A DNA stretch of 64,000 bases from Candidatus Latescibacterota bacterium (lineage in GTDB: Bacteria > Latescibacterota > UBA2968 > UBA8231), in contig OZ241889.1 in assembly GCA_965203355.1 (NCBI GenBank), positions 4,096,001 through 4,160,000 of the forward strand, read 5' to 3'. Of this stretch, positions 55,723 to 64,000 are shown in pieces. Positions within the stretch are counted from its first letter, which is position 1. Every line of letters starts with the position of its first letter. The position numbers and the translations under genes are program-made. The notes below the pieces were generated by a model. That model ran no database searches, had not been told where the DNA came from, and worked only from the letters and a program-made list of their open reading frames with translations.

Positions 55723-56256
55723 TCAATGGATGGCCGAAGATACGGCCTGCGCGGCACTTTCTTTTTTTAACCGCCTGAGCACCCCGCGCATGAGTTGGCG
55801 CTTGAGTGGGCTAAGGTGGTCAATGAAGAGCTTGCCGTCGAGGTGGTCGATTTCGTGTTGAAGAACACGGGCGTAAAGGCCCTCGCCCGCGGTCTTGAAG
55901 GGCTGACCATCGAGACCAATGGCCTCGACTTCGACCCAAGCGTAGCGCTTGACGTCGCCGTACAGGTCGGGAAAGCTCAGACATCCCTCCTCGCCGACTT
56001 GCTCGCCCTCGTGGCCGGTAATTTGGGGGTTGATTAAGGCCACGGGTTGGCAGTCTGGCCAATGGACGGCCACATCGACGACGCAGACCCGTTTGGGGAC
56101 GCCAATCTGCGGGGCGGCAAGCCCGACCCCCTCGGCTTCGCGCATGGAGTCAAAGAGGTCGGCGACGAGGGCGCGGATGGCGTCATCCACCGCTGCAACC
56201 CGCATGCACTTCTGGCGGAGGCACTCCGCCCCGAACAGCGCAATTTTGCGTTTCAT
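55723..56256 (-). CDS. def: Peptide deformylase
   Basis: GVGLAAPQIG, EGCLS, QHEIDHLDG. Confidence 0.96.
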   Translation of the reverse strand: MKRKIALFGAECLRQKCMRVAAVDDAIRALVADLFDSMREAEGVGLAAPQIGVPKRVCVVDVAVHWPDCQPVALINPQITGHEGEQVGEEGCLSFPDLYGDVKRYAWVEVEAIGLDGQPFKTAGEGLYARVLQHEIDHLDGKLFIDHLSPLKRQLMRGVLRRLKKESAAQAVSSAIH

Positions 56257-57302
56257 GGGTCCAAGGGCTCTAATTCGAGAGCAATATAGCGCAAGCCCAA
56301 GTCGGTGAGTGCGGCCACTAAGGCCGAGCGCAACCGGGCTTCAGCGAGGCGGGCGATGGCTGCTGTGGGCAAGCACAGGATGAGCATCTGGTCGCGCTGC
56401 TCGTACGCGGCCGGCAGCAGCGAATGCGCTGCGAGCAGCGGATTGACGCGCGCAAAAAGCGGCTCGCCAGCACTGGAGTCGGCAATGGTGAGCAGCGCCT
56501 CGTTCATGCTGCCGGAGCGAAAGCCGCACAAATCAACCGCAGCTTGCAAATAGCCGATTTCCCGCAAGTGCTCCAGCAAAGACCGGCGCGCATCTGGGTC
56601 GCCCAGCAGGCGCGTCAAGTCCTCAGCGGGCAACTCAATCCGCGACAGCACCTCGTGGTGGCGCGCGCGAACCTGCTCAAAGCCACAGACCTCGCGCAGA
56701 TAGCACTCGGCGCGGTCGATTTGGCGCAAACCCTCGGCGGTAACCGGGGTGCCGTAGGGGAAGCGCGACGATAGGCAGGCCATGGCCGGGCGGTCCCACA
56801 CCGCCAGTCCCCAGCGCTTGGCTAGCGCGCGCACGTCGTCCTTGGTCAGACCCGCCTCGGCTAAGGGCGCGTGTACGCCGCGCTCGCGCGCGGCCGCAGC
56901 CCCAGGGCGGAAATCGCCGATGTCGTCGGCGTTTTGGCCGTAGAGGATGTAACGGACGTTGAGCGTACGCGCTAGCTGCTCCATGTGGGCGAACAACTCT
57001 TGCTTGCAGTAGTAACAGCGGTTGGGCGCGTTTTTGGCGTAGTCGGGGTTGTCCAGTTCGCGGGTTTTGACCACCTCGTGGCGCATGCCGAGTGCGCGGG
57101 TGATCTCAGTGGCCTTCGCCAACTCGCCCGTGGCATAGCTTTCAGAATCCGCGGTGACGCAGATGGCCCCCTCGCCCAAAACCCGCTGGGCCGCCACCGC
57201 CAGCGTGGCGCTATCGACCCCGCCCGAATAGCCGACCAGCACCTGCCCCATAGGGCGCAGAATTTCTTCGAGGTGCGCTAGTTTTTCGTCTAGAGAGCGC
57301 AT
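56253..57302 (-). CDS. larE: ATP-dependent sulfur transferase LarE family with C-terminal extension
   Basis: YSGGVDS, RCYYCK, DFRPG, PLAEAGLTK, ACLSSRFPYG, GFRSGSMN. Confidence 0.88.
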   Translation of the reverse strand: MRSLDEKLAHLEEILRPMGQVLVGYSGGVDSATLAVAAQRVLGEGAICVTADSESYATGELAKATEITRALGMRHEVVKTRELDNPDYAKNAPNRCYYCKQELFAHMEQLARTLNVRYILYGQNADDIGDFRPGAAAARERGVHAPLAEAGLTKDDVRALAKRWGLAVWDRPAMACLSSRFPYGTPVTAEGLRQIDRAECYLREVCGFEQVRARHHEVLSRIELPAEDLTRLLGDPDARRSLLEHLREIGYLQAAVDLCGFRSGSMNEALLTIADSSAGEPLFARVNPLLAAHSLLPAAYEQRDQMLILCLPTAAIARLAEARLRSALVAALTDLGLRYIALELEPLDP

Positions 57303-57307
57303 GGCAA

Positions 57308-58756
57308 TCAGAAATGGGATTTATCCGCAGACACGGCGCACGGCATGATCGCCGCGTCGACCATGCCGTGCAGAATTTTCTTGTCGGCCGGAAACACTAG
57401 CGCTTGGATGCCGCACAGGCGCGGCGCATCGCCGATGACATAATAATAAGGACGCAGCATCACCCGGCCTCGCATGGGCACGACCTCGTCGCGGTCAAAG
57501 TCGTAGTAGCGCACGGTGCGACGGGCGGCCTTGTGAAACTCCTGCAAGATATAGGGCTGGTGTGCAAAGCGGTCGAGTGCCTCTTGCACGCGCTCGGCCC
57601 ATTCGGCTTCGGGCAGGTCGTGGCCGATGGACACGCCCTTGCTCTCATAGGCTATGTTGGAAAAACCCGAGGGCTTGAGCACGAGCTCGCGCTGCTTTTT
57701 GGTTAGGTGCTTCAACTGCTGCCAGTCGCTGACCGGCTGGCCGCCCATGTCGAGGCCGGGAATGACGGCGTGGGGCGGCAGCGGCCGTGCATCGACAATC
57801 CACGAGCGCGGGATCAAGCGGTCTAAGGCAGCAAAAGGCTCTTTGCCCAAGGTGCGGCGCCAATAGGATTTGAGCGCGGGGTGGTGAAAAAACGCCAGCC
57901 AGAGCTTTTCTTCGAGATATGCCTTTGGCGGCGGGGTCAAACACAGGGCATTCTTCTTGGCAAAATAGGTAAACAGCTCAGCCTTGGGGATATTTTTGAG
58001 GTCGAACAGTTCAAAAAAGCGATAGGCCGCGTCAATGCGCCAAGGAGCCTGCTCGTCAGCGCCTTGGAGGAAGAGACCATTCTCGTCAAAGCGGGCCTCG
58101 CGCGGGTGGGCACTGCGGGCCGGTTTGCCAGCCGCCTGTAAGCGCTCAACCAGCCATTCCATTTCTCGGCGGTAGGCTTCAGATTCGTCCGAGACAAAGA
58201 GGGCGAAATGCGGCTCATCCACCTCGGTGGCCGCGGCAATGGCTTCGTAAAATGGGTCGATCAGGCCACGGGCACCGCCGATGATGGCGTAGCCAAGATC
58301 CGCATAGGCCTCCGAGACTTGGGAGGTGAATCCCATGCCGCCGGGGAGGGCGTCTAGCTCGACCAGTTTGAAGCCGTCTTCAGTGAGCAAAAGATCCGGG
58401 CGAATGACCAAAGGCACCTGGGACTTGATGCGATTCCAGCGGCCCATTTCGCGCACAGCACTGGGTTTGCCCAAGTCCAAATACTCGTGAATCCAAGACG
58501 GCTCGACGCCTTTGACGCTCTGGTGGTAGAGCTGATTGCAGGCCTTGTAAAACCGATGGAGAACGCCGCCGAGCTGATCTAGGTAGCGGTGTTGCGCTGG
58601 CGCAAGCCAGAACGGCTCTGGAGCAATGCGCCACGGCAGATTACTGTCCGGGTGTAAACGGGTGCGGTCGCCTTCAAAAAGGCCACCGGCGGGACAATGG
58701 GCATTGATGTGGAGGCAGAGCGCTTTGAGATCGGATGCGGTGCTGGGCAGAGACAT
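57308..58756 (-). CDS. Putative circularly permuted ATP-grasp / glutathionylspermidine synthase-like ligase
   Basis: IRPDLLL....KLVELD..PGG.G, YRFFE, EEKLW, LVLKPSG, YILQEF, LRPY. Confidence 0.65.
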   Translation of the reverse strand: MSLPSTASDLKALCLHINAHCPAGGLFEGDRTRLHPDSNLPWRIAPEPFWLAPAQHRYLDQLGGVLHRFYKACNQLYHQSVKGVEPSWIHEYLDLGKPSAVREMGRWNRIKSQVPLVIRPDLLLTEDGFKLVELDALPGGMGFTSQVSEAYADLGYAIIGGARGLIDPFYEAIAAATEVDEPHFALFVSDESEAYRREMEWLVERLQAAGKPARSAHPREARFDENGLFLQGADEQAPWRIDAAYRFFELFDLKNIPKAELFTYFAKKNALCLTPPPKAYLEEKLWLAFFHHPALKSYWRRTLGKEPFAALDRLIPRSWIVDARPLPPHAVIPGLDMGGQPVSDWQQLKHLTKKQRELVLKPSGFSNIAYESKGVSIGHDLPEAEWAERVQEALDRFAHQPYILQEFHKAARRTVRYYDFDRDEVVPMRGRVMLRPYYYVIGDAPRLCGIQALVFPADKKILHGMVDAAIMPCAVSADKSHF

Positions 58757-58887
58757 CGAATAGGCTCTCTAAGATGAATAGATTCTAATTTAGGGTGCAT
58801 GGTACGCTAGGTCAACGACCGGCCCGTTGGCCTTTGGCAAGAACGAGCCAACACCGCATATTTGCTCGAGCGACGGAGGAACGCGAT

Positions 58888-59718
58888 ATGGAACTGATAG
58901 GCAGGCGTTGCCTAGTGACGGGCGGCGGACGCGGCATTGGCCGGGCCATTGCCCTCGCCTTGGCGCGGGCCGGGGCGCACGTGGCGATTTTGGCGCGCAC
59001 TGGATCCGAGCTAGACGAGACCGCCGCACTTTTGGCAGACCCAGGTCAAACAGCGTTGACATTGCAAGCGGATGTGGGGCGGCGCGAGGAGGTAGATGCA
59101 GCCATTGATCGCGTCCTCGCAGCTTGGGGTGGGATCGATGTACTAGTCAACAACGCGGGAATTCAGGGGCCTATAGGCCGAGTAGAAGAGGTCGATCCAG
59201 AGGCTTGGATGCAGGTGGTACAGGTCAACCTCGGCGGCTGTTTCTACTGCACTCGCAAAGTCCTGCCGACCATGATCGCCCAGCACTACGGCAAGATCAT
59301 CAACCTTTCGGGCGGCGGTGCCGTGGGGCCGCGGCCCTTCTTTAGCGCGTATAGCACCTCCAAGGCCGCCGTCGTGCGCTTTAGCGAAAACTTGGCTGGA
59401 GAAGTGGCCGAACACGGCATTGACGTCAACGCCATTGCCCCCGGAGCAGTCAACACGCGGATGCTCGACCAACGGCTAGCAGCCGGCGCGGCCGTGAGCG
59501 CGGCGGAACGCAAGCAGGATCAGCACCTGCTGCGCAAAGGCGACGCTACGGGCGCGCGCGCGGCCGCGCTGGCAGTCTATCTGGCCTCGGGGCGCTCAGA
59601 CGGGCTGACGGGGCGGCTGCTATCCGCCGTTTGGGATACGTGGGAAACCCTCGATGTCGAGGCGGTTATGGCCACGGAAACCTTTGCGGTGCGGCGCGTA
59701 CCACCGCAGGAGGGCTGA
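58888..59718 (+). CDS. Short-chain dehydrogenase/reductase
   Basis: TGGGRGIG, NNAG, YSTSK, VNAIAPG. GGAGG RBS. Confidence 0.92.
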   Translation: MELIGRRCLVTGGGRGIGRAIALALARAGAHVAILARTGSELDETAALLADPGQTALTLQADVGRREEVDAAIDRVLAAWGGIDVLVNNAGIQGPIGRVEEVDPEAWMQVVQVNLGGCFYCTRKVLPTMIAQHYGKIINLSGGGAVGPRPFFSAYSTSKAAVVRFSENLAGEVAEHGIDVNAIAPGAVNTRMLDQRLAAGAAVSAAERKQDQHLLRKGDATGARAAALAVYLASGRSDGLTGRLLSAVWDTWETLDVEAVMATETFAVRRVPPQEG

Positions 59719-60738
59719 GTGTACAAGGTGGGGATCATCGGCGCGGGTCGCATGGGGCGGCGGCGGGCGACCACAGCCCATGCCCACGGCGCGTCCGCAG
59801 TTACCCTAATCTACGACGAGTACGCGCCCGCCGCGGCCGCACTGGCCGCCGACTGCGAAGCCGAGGCAGCCCATTCGCCGGAGGAGCTAATCGCAGCCGA
59901 TCTCGACATCGCAGTCGTCGCGACGACGCACGACGCCTTGGCCTCCATCAGCACGGCCGCTCTCCTAGCCGGCAAACACGTCTTGTGCGAAAAGCCGTTG
60001 GGACGCAACCCCCAAGAAGCCCGGCAGGCCGTCGCCGCGGCCGAGCGGAGCGGGCGCGTACTCAAGGTCGGCTACAACCACCGCTATCATCCCGCGATCC
60101 AAAAGCTGCACGAAGTCTGTACCGCGGGCGAGATCGGCCCGTTGCTGAGCGTCCGGGCGCGCTATGGCCACGGCGGACGGCCCGGCTACGACCACGAGTG
60201 GCGGACCGACCCCGAAAAGGCGGGCGGCGGCGAGCTTTTGGACCAAGGGGCCCATCTAATCGACTTGGCCAAATGGCTGTTGGGCGACTTTGCCGAAGTC
60301 TCAGGCTATGTCGAGACCCACTTCTGGGACTCGCCCGTGGAGGATAACGCCTACGGACTCTTTCGCACAGCCACCGGGCAGATTGCCTCGCTGCACGCGA
60401 GCTGGACGCAGTGGAAAAACCTCTTCAGTTTCGAGGTATTCGGGCGCGATGGGTACGTCTCCGTCGAAGGCTTGGGGGGATCCTACGGGCCGGGCCACGC
60501 CATCGTGGGGCGGCGCAATCCCCACGGAGGCGCACCAGACAGCGTGCGTTTTGACTACCCGGACGAGGATCGCTCGTGGGAACTGGAGTGGGCCGACTTT
60601 TTGCGCGGCCTAGCCGGTGCGGGCACCCCTTACTCGCTTGGACCGGAGGCTTTGGAGACTATCGAGTGGATTTATAGATGTTACCGGGCGGCTGCCGAAA
60701 AGTGCTCGGTGCGGCGGGAAGAATTTCTAAATATGTAA
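59719..60738 (+). CDS. Gfo/Idh/MocA family oxidoreductase
   Basis: GIIGAGRMG, GKHVLCEKP, GGGELLDQGAHLID. Confidence 0.92.
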   Translation: MYKVGIIGAGRMGRRRATTAHAHGASAVTLIYDEYAPAAAALAADCEAEAAHSPEELIAADLDIAVVATTHDALASISTAALLAGKHVLCEKPLGRNPQEARQAVAAAERSGRVLKVGYNHRYHPAIQKLHEVCTAGEIGPLLSVRARYGHGGRPGYDHEWRTDPEKAGGGELLDQGAHLIDLAKWLLGDFAEVSGYVETHFWDSPVEDNAYGLFRTATGQIASLHASWTQWKNLFSFEVFGRDGYVSVEGLGGSYGPGHAIVGRRNPHGGAPDSVRFDYPDEDRSWELEWADFLRGLAGAGTPYSLGPEALETIEWIYRCYRAAAEKCSVRREEFLNM

Positions 60739-60974
60739 AAAAAAACGAGTTACGAATAGTATAGCCGCCGCGCCATTAGGTGCCGCGGTTATTTTTTTGT
60801 CGCATGCGTTATTTTTTTGCAAATTTTACGCGAAAATTTCTTACCATTATAGATAGCGAGGCGGTAAACGCTACTCTTTTGTCTATAGAAAGGAAGGACG
60901 CTTTTAGACCAAGTTAAGCACCGCAATTCTTTATTTTTCGCATCTCATATACCCTTAACCCCGCAGGAAGTGCT

Positions 60975-61226
60975 ATGAGAACAGATCAGGATACTGCCCA
61001 AGTGGAACGCATTGCGATGGCTTATCGACGCCTTGCTAACGCTATGATTCTCAGTACTTTACGCGAAATATCCAAGATGGATGAGGTCGTGATAGCCCCA
61101 GACGACACCCCGGAGATGGCCTTTGTCGAAAGCTCTAGGATCGATCCTTGGTGCGAGTTGGCTGGCCTCGAACCCGAAGTCGTGCGCAAGGCCGCTAAAC
61201 GGCTGATAGAAGAACGACCTTTTTAG
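60975..61226 (+). CDS. Small hypothetical protein
   Basis: AGGAAG RBS, 83 aa, own terminator; WCELAGLEPEVVR. Confidence 0.7.
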   Translation: MRTDQDTAQVERIAMAYRRLANAMILSTLREISKMDEVVIAPDDTPEMAFVESSRIDPWCELAGLEPEVVRKAAKRLIEERPF

Positions 61227-61240
61227 CACAGCACAAGACC

Positions 61241-61280
61241 AAAAAAAGCTCTGGAAGTGTCGCTTCCAGAGCTTTTTTTT
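61241..61280. terminator. Bidirectional intrinsic terminator
   Basis: A7-GCTCTGGAAG...CTTCCAGAGC-T8. Confidence 0.92.
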
Positions 61281-61282
61281 GT

Positions 61283-63271
61283 TTAGTAACCGGCGCGAAG
61301 CGTGGCACGCGCGGCGTGGTCTAGGAGGCCGTGCACCACTTTTTCGGCATCGCGGTGGCGCAAATCCTCAAAGCGCAAGGCCCAGACGTGGTCTCGGTAC
61401 GCCATATTGCGCAGTTCGATGAGGACCTTGACGTCAGCGGGGTTGTTGTACAAGACCCCTAGCCCTTGTCCGCGGACGCGAGCACCCGCCCCTAAGGCCG
61501 GGAGCAAGGAGCGGGCAAATTGGCGCGAGACGCGATCTATCCTCCCACTCTTGCTGCTTTTGTAGTATAAAACCAGCGGCGCTTCTGGGGCCTTGGGTTC
61601 AACATCGGCGTGAAAAGAAAGAAAGATGCGCCGGCCCCGCGGCGCGTTGGCAAAGGCTTGACGGGCAATGCGTACGCGCGTCGAAAGATTGCTGCCGCGT
61701 GGCCAAGCACTGAGCTTGTTGGTCTGGTTGTAAGCAGCCAAGTTGTACACTTCGTTTTTTTCGTTGACAAAAGTTTGAGTCGGCGGATCGTTCTGGCGGA
61801 TTAGGTGGTTGGGGCTGAGTAGGGTCATGGTGGCGCGCCCCCCGTGTAAGCGCACCAAGACATACACCCGCAGCGCAATGTCGAAGACGTACTCGTCCTC
61901 GACGACGTAGAGCCTGTTGCCATTGCCGTCGCGAGTGGAAACCACTGCGCCCGGGTCCAGCCCGCCGTGCCCTGGGTCGAGGACGATGTGCCAGCCTTCC
62001 AACTGAGAGCTCAAGCGCCCCATGCTCCCGACCTTGCGCTCGAATTCCCGCCACAGGCGCACTGCCTGGCGATACGTATGGCGCGGCGATCTTGGATGGC
62101 CCTCGTAATAGGTCTTATTCGGCTGGCGCTTATTGCGGGGCCGGGAGAAGTAATACGGCCCGTTGTCGAAGGTGATTTTTGGCATGTCAGCGCGGCGGAT
62201 CTGCAGGTCGTCCCAGTTGATCTCAGACAATTCCACCCAGCGCATTGGCCGCACCTTAAGCCGGTCGCCCGGGTGGATGACGGCGTTGCTCTTCAACTGG
62301 TTGAGGCGGGTAATTTCAGCCACGCTCATCTGGTGCAGGCGGGCGATCTGCGCGAGGTAATCGCCCCGCTTAACCACGTACGTGGCCAGCCCCGGGCCCG
62401 CCTTGCGGTCTGGATAGAGCTTGAGTACCTGACCCGGATAGATGCGATTTGACGCAAGGCCGTTGAGCTTCTTGAGCTCATAGACCTCGATCCCGTAGGC
62501 GCGGGCAATTTCCCACAGCGCGTCCCCGCGCTCCACGATGTGTACCGTGCTTTCCGCGTCCTTGAGGCGGAGTTTCTGCCCGCTGAAAATCCGGTCGCCG
62601 GCAAGGCCGTTGAGACGCTGCAACTGGCTGATTGGGACTCGGTAGCGTCGGGATATCTCGGTCAGGGTTTCGCCCTCTTGCACCACGTGGACGGCTTCCT
62701 CTAACCGCGAAGCGCGCAGGCGGAGCTTTTGTCCGGGCCGGATGAGGTCGCTTTTGAGCTGGTTGATCTGGCGCAGAAATCCCAAACTCACGTCAAATCG
62801 CAGGGCGATTTTCGACAGCGAGTCGCCCGAGCGAACCGTGTATGCACGCGGATCTTCGTCTTGGTCGTTGGCCGCGTCCCTCCGCGCCGGCGCGGACGCG
62901 ACCGTTTGCAGGTAGAGCTTCTGCCCAACGTGGATGACGCTCCCATTGAGGTGGTTGAGCGCCTTGAGCCTATAGACCGAGACGGCGAACTGCCGCGCGA
63001 TTTTCGACAGGGTGTCGCCGCGCCGGACGCGATACCAATCGCCGCTTTTTACTGGCAGACCAACTTTGAGACTCCGGCCAGCATATATCCGATTGCTGCG
63101 GAGATTATTCCAGCGCCGAACTTGCTTTTGTGAGACTCGGTAGCGCGTGGCAATCTCAGAGAGCGTATCCCCTCGTTTGACCACGTGGACGATAGGACTC
63201 CTGCGCTCGGCGGCGTCCAGTGCAAAAGCACACAAGAACAGCGCCACCAAGATGTAAACCGGGCGCGACAT
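61283..63271 (-). CDS. N-acetylmuramoyl-L-alanine amidase (Amidase_3) with six LysM domains
   Basis: Signal peptide; six V..GD/ETL..IA LysM repeats; LDPGHGG.DPGA, E, LSFHAD, VLIEL. Confidence 0.9.
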   Translation of the reverse strand: MSRPVYILVALFLCAFALDAAERRSPIVHVVKRGDTLSEIATRYRVSQKQVRRWNNLRSNRIYAGRSLKVGLPVKSGDWYRVRRGDTLSKIARQFAVSVYRLKALNHLNGSVIHVGQKLYLQTVASAPARRDAANDQDEDPRAYTVRSGDSLSKIALRFDVSLGFLRQINQLKSDLIRPGQKLRLRASRLEEAVHVVQEGETLTEISRRYRVPISQLQRLNGLAGDRIFSGQKLRLKDAESTVHIVERGDALWEIARAYGIEVYELKKLNGLASNRIYPGQVLKLYPDRKAGPGLATYVVKRGDYLAQIARLHQMSVAEITRLNQLKSNAVIHPGDRLKVRPMRWVELSEINWDDLQIRRADMPKITFDNGPYYFSRPRNKRQPNKTYYEGHPRSPRHTYRQAVRLWREFERKVGSMGRLSSQLEGWHIVLDPGHGGLDPGAVVSTRDGNGNRLYVVEDEYVFDIALRVYVLVRLHGGRATMTLLSPNHLIRQNDPPTQTFVNEKNEVYNLAAYNQTNKLSAWPRGSNLSTRVRIARQAFANAPRGRRIFLSFHADVEPKAPEAPLVLYYKSSKSGRIDRVSRQFARSLLPALGAGARVRGQGLGVLYNNPADVKVLIELRNMAYRDHVWALRFEDLRHRDAEKVVHGLLDHAARATLRAGY

Positions 63272-63387
63272 AGACTTATACTTGGAATTGGACAACAGGG
63301 GAAGGGGTTTTGCAAGTATAAGGTCATTAAAGCTGTTGCGCAAAGACTACTTGCTGACCACAGAGGGGCAACCTATACTTCGCCTCC

Positions 63388-64000
63388 GTGAATGAAGCTA
63401 AGTTGCCCTCGGTAGATCAGATGCTCAAGCAGGTCGCCGACCTCTTGCAAGAGTACGACCGCGCCTATGTCGTCGAGCAGGTGCGCCGCTGCATTGCGGA
63501 CGTGCGTCGCCAAGTGCGGGTGGGCACTCTAGACGAGGATCGAGCGGCCTTAGACGTGCGGATTGAACAGGCCGTACGCCACTGCATCAAACAGGAGGCC
63601 GCGCCCCGACTACACCGCGTCGTCAATGCCACCGGCGTGGTTCTGCACACTGGCTTGGGCCGCGCCCCGCTGCCCCAAGCGGCCCAAGCGGCCATCGCAC
63701 AGGCGGCCAGCGGCTATTGCAACCTCGAACTCGAACTAGAATCGGGCAAACGCGGCGAGCGCGTCGCGCACGTCGAGGGCCTTATATGCTCGGCGACCGC
63801 AGCGGAAGCTGCCGCCGTGGTCAACAACAACGCCGCTGCCGTGCTCCTGCTGCTCGACACCTTGGCGCGGGGGCGGGAAGTGGTGGTCTCGCGGGGGCAA
63901 CAAGTCGAGATCGGCGGCTCATTCCGCCTGCCCGAAATCATCGCGGCTAGCGGGGCCAAGCTGCGAGAGGTCGGCACGACGAACCGGACGCACTTGCGCG
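63388..64000 (+). CDS. selA: L-seryl-tRNA(Sec) selenium transferase, 3'-truncated by window edge
   Basis: Own translation from GTG 63388: LPSVD, VVNATGVVLHTGLGRAPL, NLE..L.SG.RG.R, VNNNAAAV, VSRGQQVEIGGSFR, LREVGTTNRTH. Confidence 0.96.
   Translation, partial: MNEAKLPSVDQMLKQVADLLQEYDRAYVVEQVRRCIADVRRQVRVGTLDEDRAALDVRIEQAVRHCIKQEAAPRLHRVVNATGVVLHTGLGRAPLPQAAQAAIAQAASGYCNLELELESGKRGERVAHVEGLICSATAAEAAAVVNNNAAAVLLLLDTLARGREVVVSRGQQVEIGGSFRLPEIIAASGAKLREVGTTNRTHLR

Overview
A GC-rich bacterial chromosome segment with 5'-truncated pckA at the start and 3'-truncated selA at the end. The gene repertoire suggests a Latescibacterota/FCB-related host such as a sponge symbiont (inference only): several PhyH dioxygenases, a DUF6785-like membrane protein, FlgD-tailed exported proteins and an SWGQIK-tailed protein. 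Housekeeping and catabolic genes include pckA, ahcY, mnmA, nth, a purF-like gene, glnB, a class I aldolase, tRNA-Asp, def, larE, a LysM-amidase, selA, and sugar and peptide ABC transporters. The main candidate novel system is a ~24 kb envelope locus (17.3-41.4 kb). It encodes three paralogous exported proteins that share a TRTG/WSxWS core and a 'NP(F/L)TPNGDG(I/V)N...AVAY' C-terminal domain. With them are a probable outer-membrane beta-barrel with acidic Ca-binding loops, PPIase, TPR and FG-GAP lipoproteins, a GT-C/TPR glycosyltransferase and a CBM9-like protein with an SWGQIK tail. That last gene sits behind a poly-T, palindrome-flanked promoter. Defence-type insertions and remnants lie between core genes: an HTH-fused DNA methyltransferase with a putative endonuclease stub, an orphan higA, a PIN pseudogene, a helicase-like N-terminal stub, and a low-GC membrane nuclease-like gene. 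There are also tandem-repeat coiled-coil genes and MITE-like elements. No CRISPR-cas, rRNA or intact transposase was seen. Family assignments come from motif recognition, not database searches.
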